Positions 63,819 through 64,000 of a DNA stretch of 64,000 nucleotides are shown piece after piece. The stretch lies in NCBI GenBank assembly GCA_964270895.1, contig OZ185440.1; one strand, 5' to 3'. The notes beneath the pieces are model-generated. The model saw only the letters and a program-made list of their open reading frames with translations, ran no database searches and had not been told where the DNA came from. Position numbers and translations under genes: made by a program. Numbering within the stretch: position 1 is the stretch's first letter; every line of letters begins with the position of its first letter. The DNA is from Podarcis filfolensis. Taxonomy: Eukaryota.

Positions 63819-64000
63819 CTGGGGATATAAAATACAAAGGAGACTGAAGCCAGAGCAGTCTGGTTTGACCCATTCCATTCCATCCCATATTTGTAGCCCC
63901 TAGCTATCCCCCGTGTAAGTCTAGCTGTCTGTTCTTTGCCTAAAAACATCAACAAGACCCTTGCTGCTAACACAGCAAAGGAGACAGAGACCAGCTGGCA

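Overview
Vertebrate genomic DNA, most likely a lacertid lizard (inferred from Sauria-type SINEs and other squamate repeats). The window covers the IPO13-DPH2-ATP6V0B-B4GALT2 neighbourhood. Five spliced genes were rebuilt by hand; every junction is GT-AG and every phase closes. They are: a 3-coding-exon secreted brorin-family (VWC2/VWC2L-like) gene on + (1062-5074, 210 aa); B4GALT2 on - (371 aa); ATP6V0B on - (205 aa); DPH2 on + (475 aa); and the last seven exons of IPO13 on - (the gene continues beyond the right edge). A probable first exon of a sixth, divergent gene lies at the left edge. The rest is intron/UTR with many small mobile elements: hAT MITEs with 8-bp TSDs, a Tigger-like MITE, Sauria and other tRNA-derived SINEs, L1/L2 remnants, and a Penelope-like insertion. 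Most notable: (1) the brorin-like gene looks like a third paralogue at a position where, as I recall, mammals have no such gene; (2) its intron holds a TSD-flanked 71-bp perfect hairpin containing a minimal hammerhead ribozyme motif; (3) DPH2 is head-to-head with ATP6V0B on a shared CLEAR/CCAAT promoter, unlike the co-directional human arrangement I recall. No databases were searched, so orthology, synteny and repeat-family names come from recognition and need checking. Most entries in the supplied ORF track are not genes.
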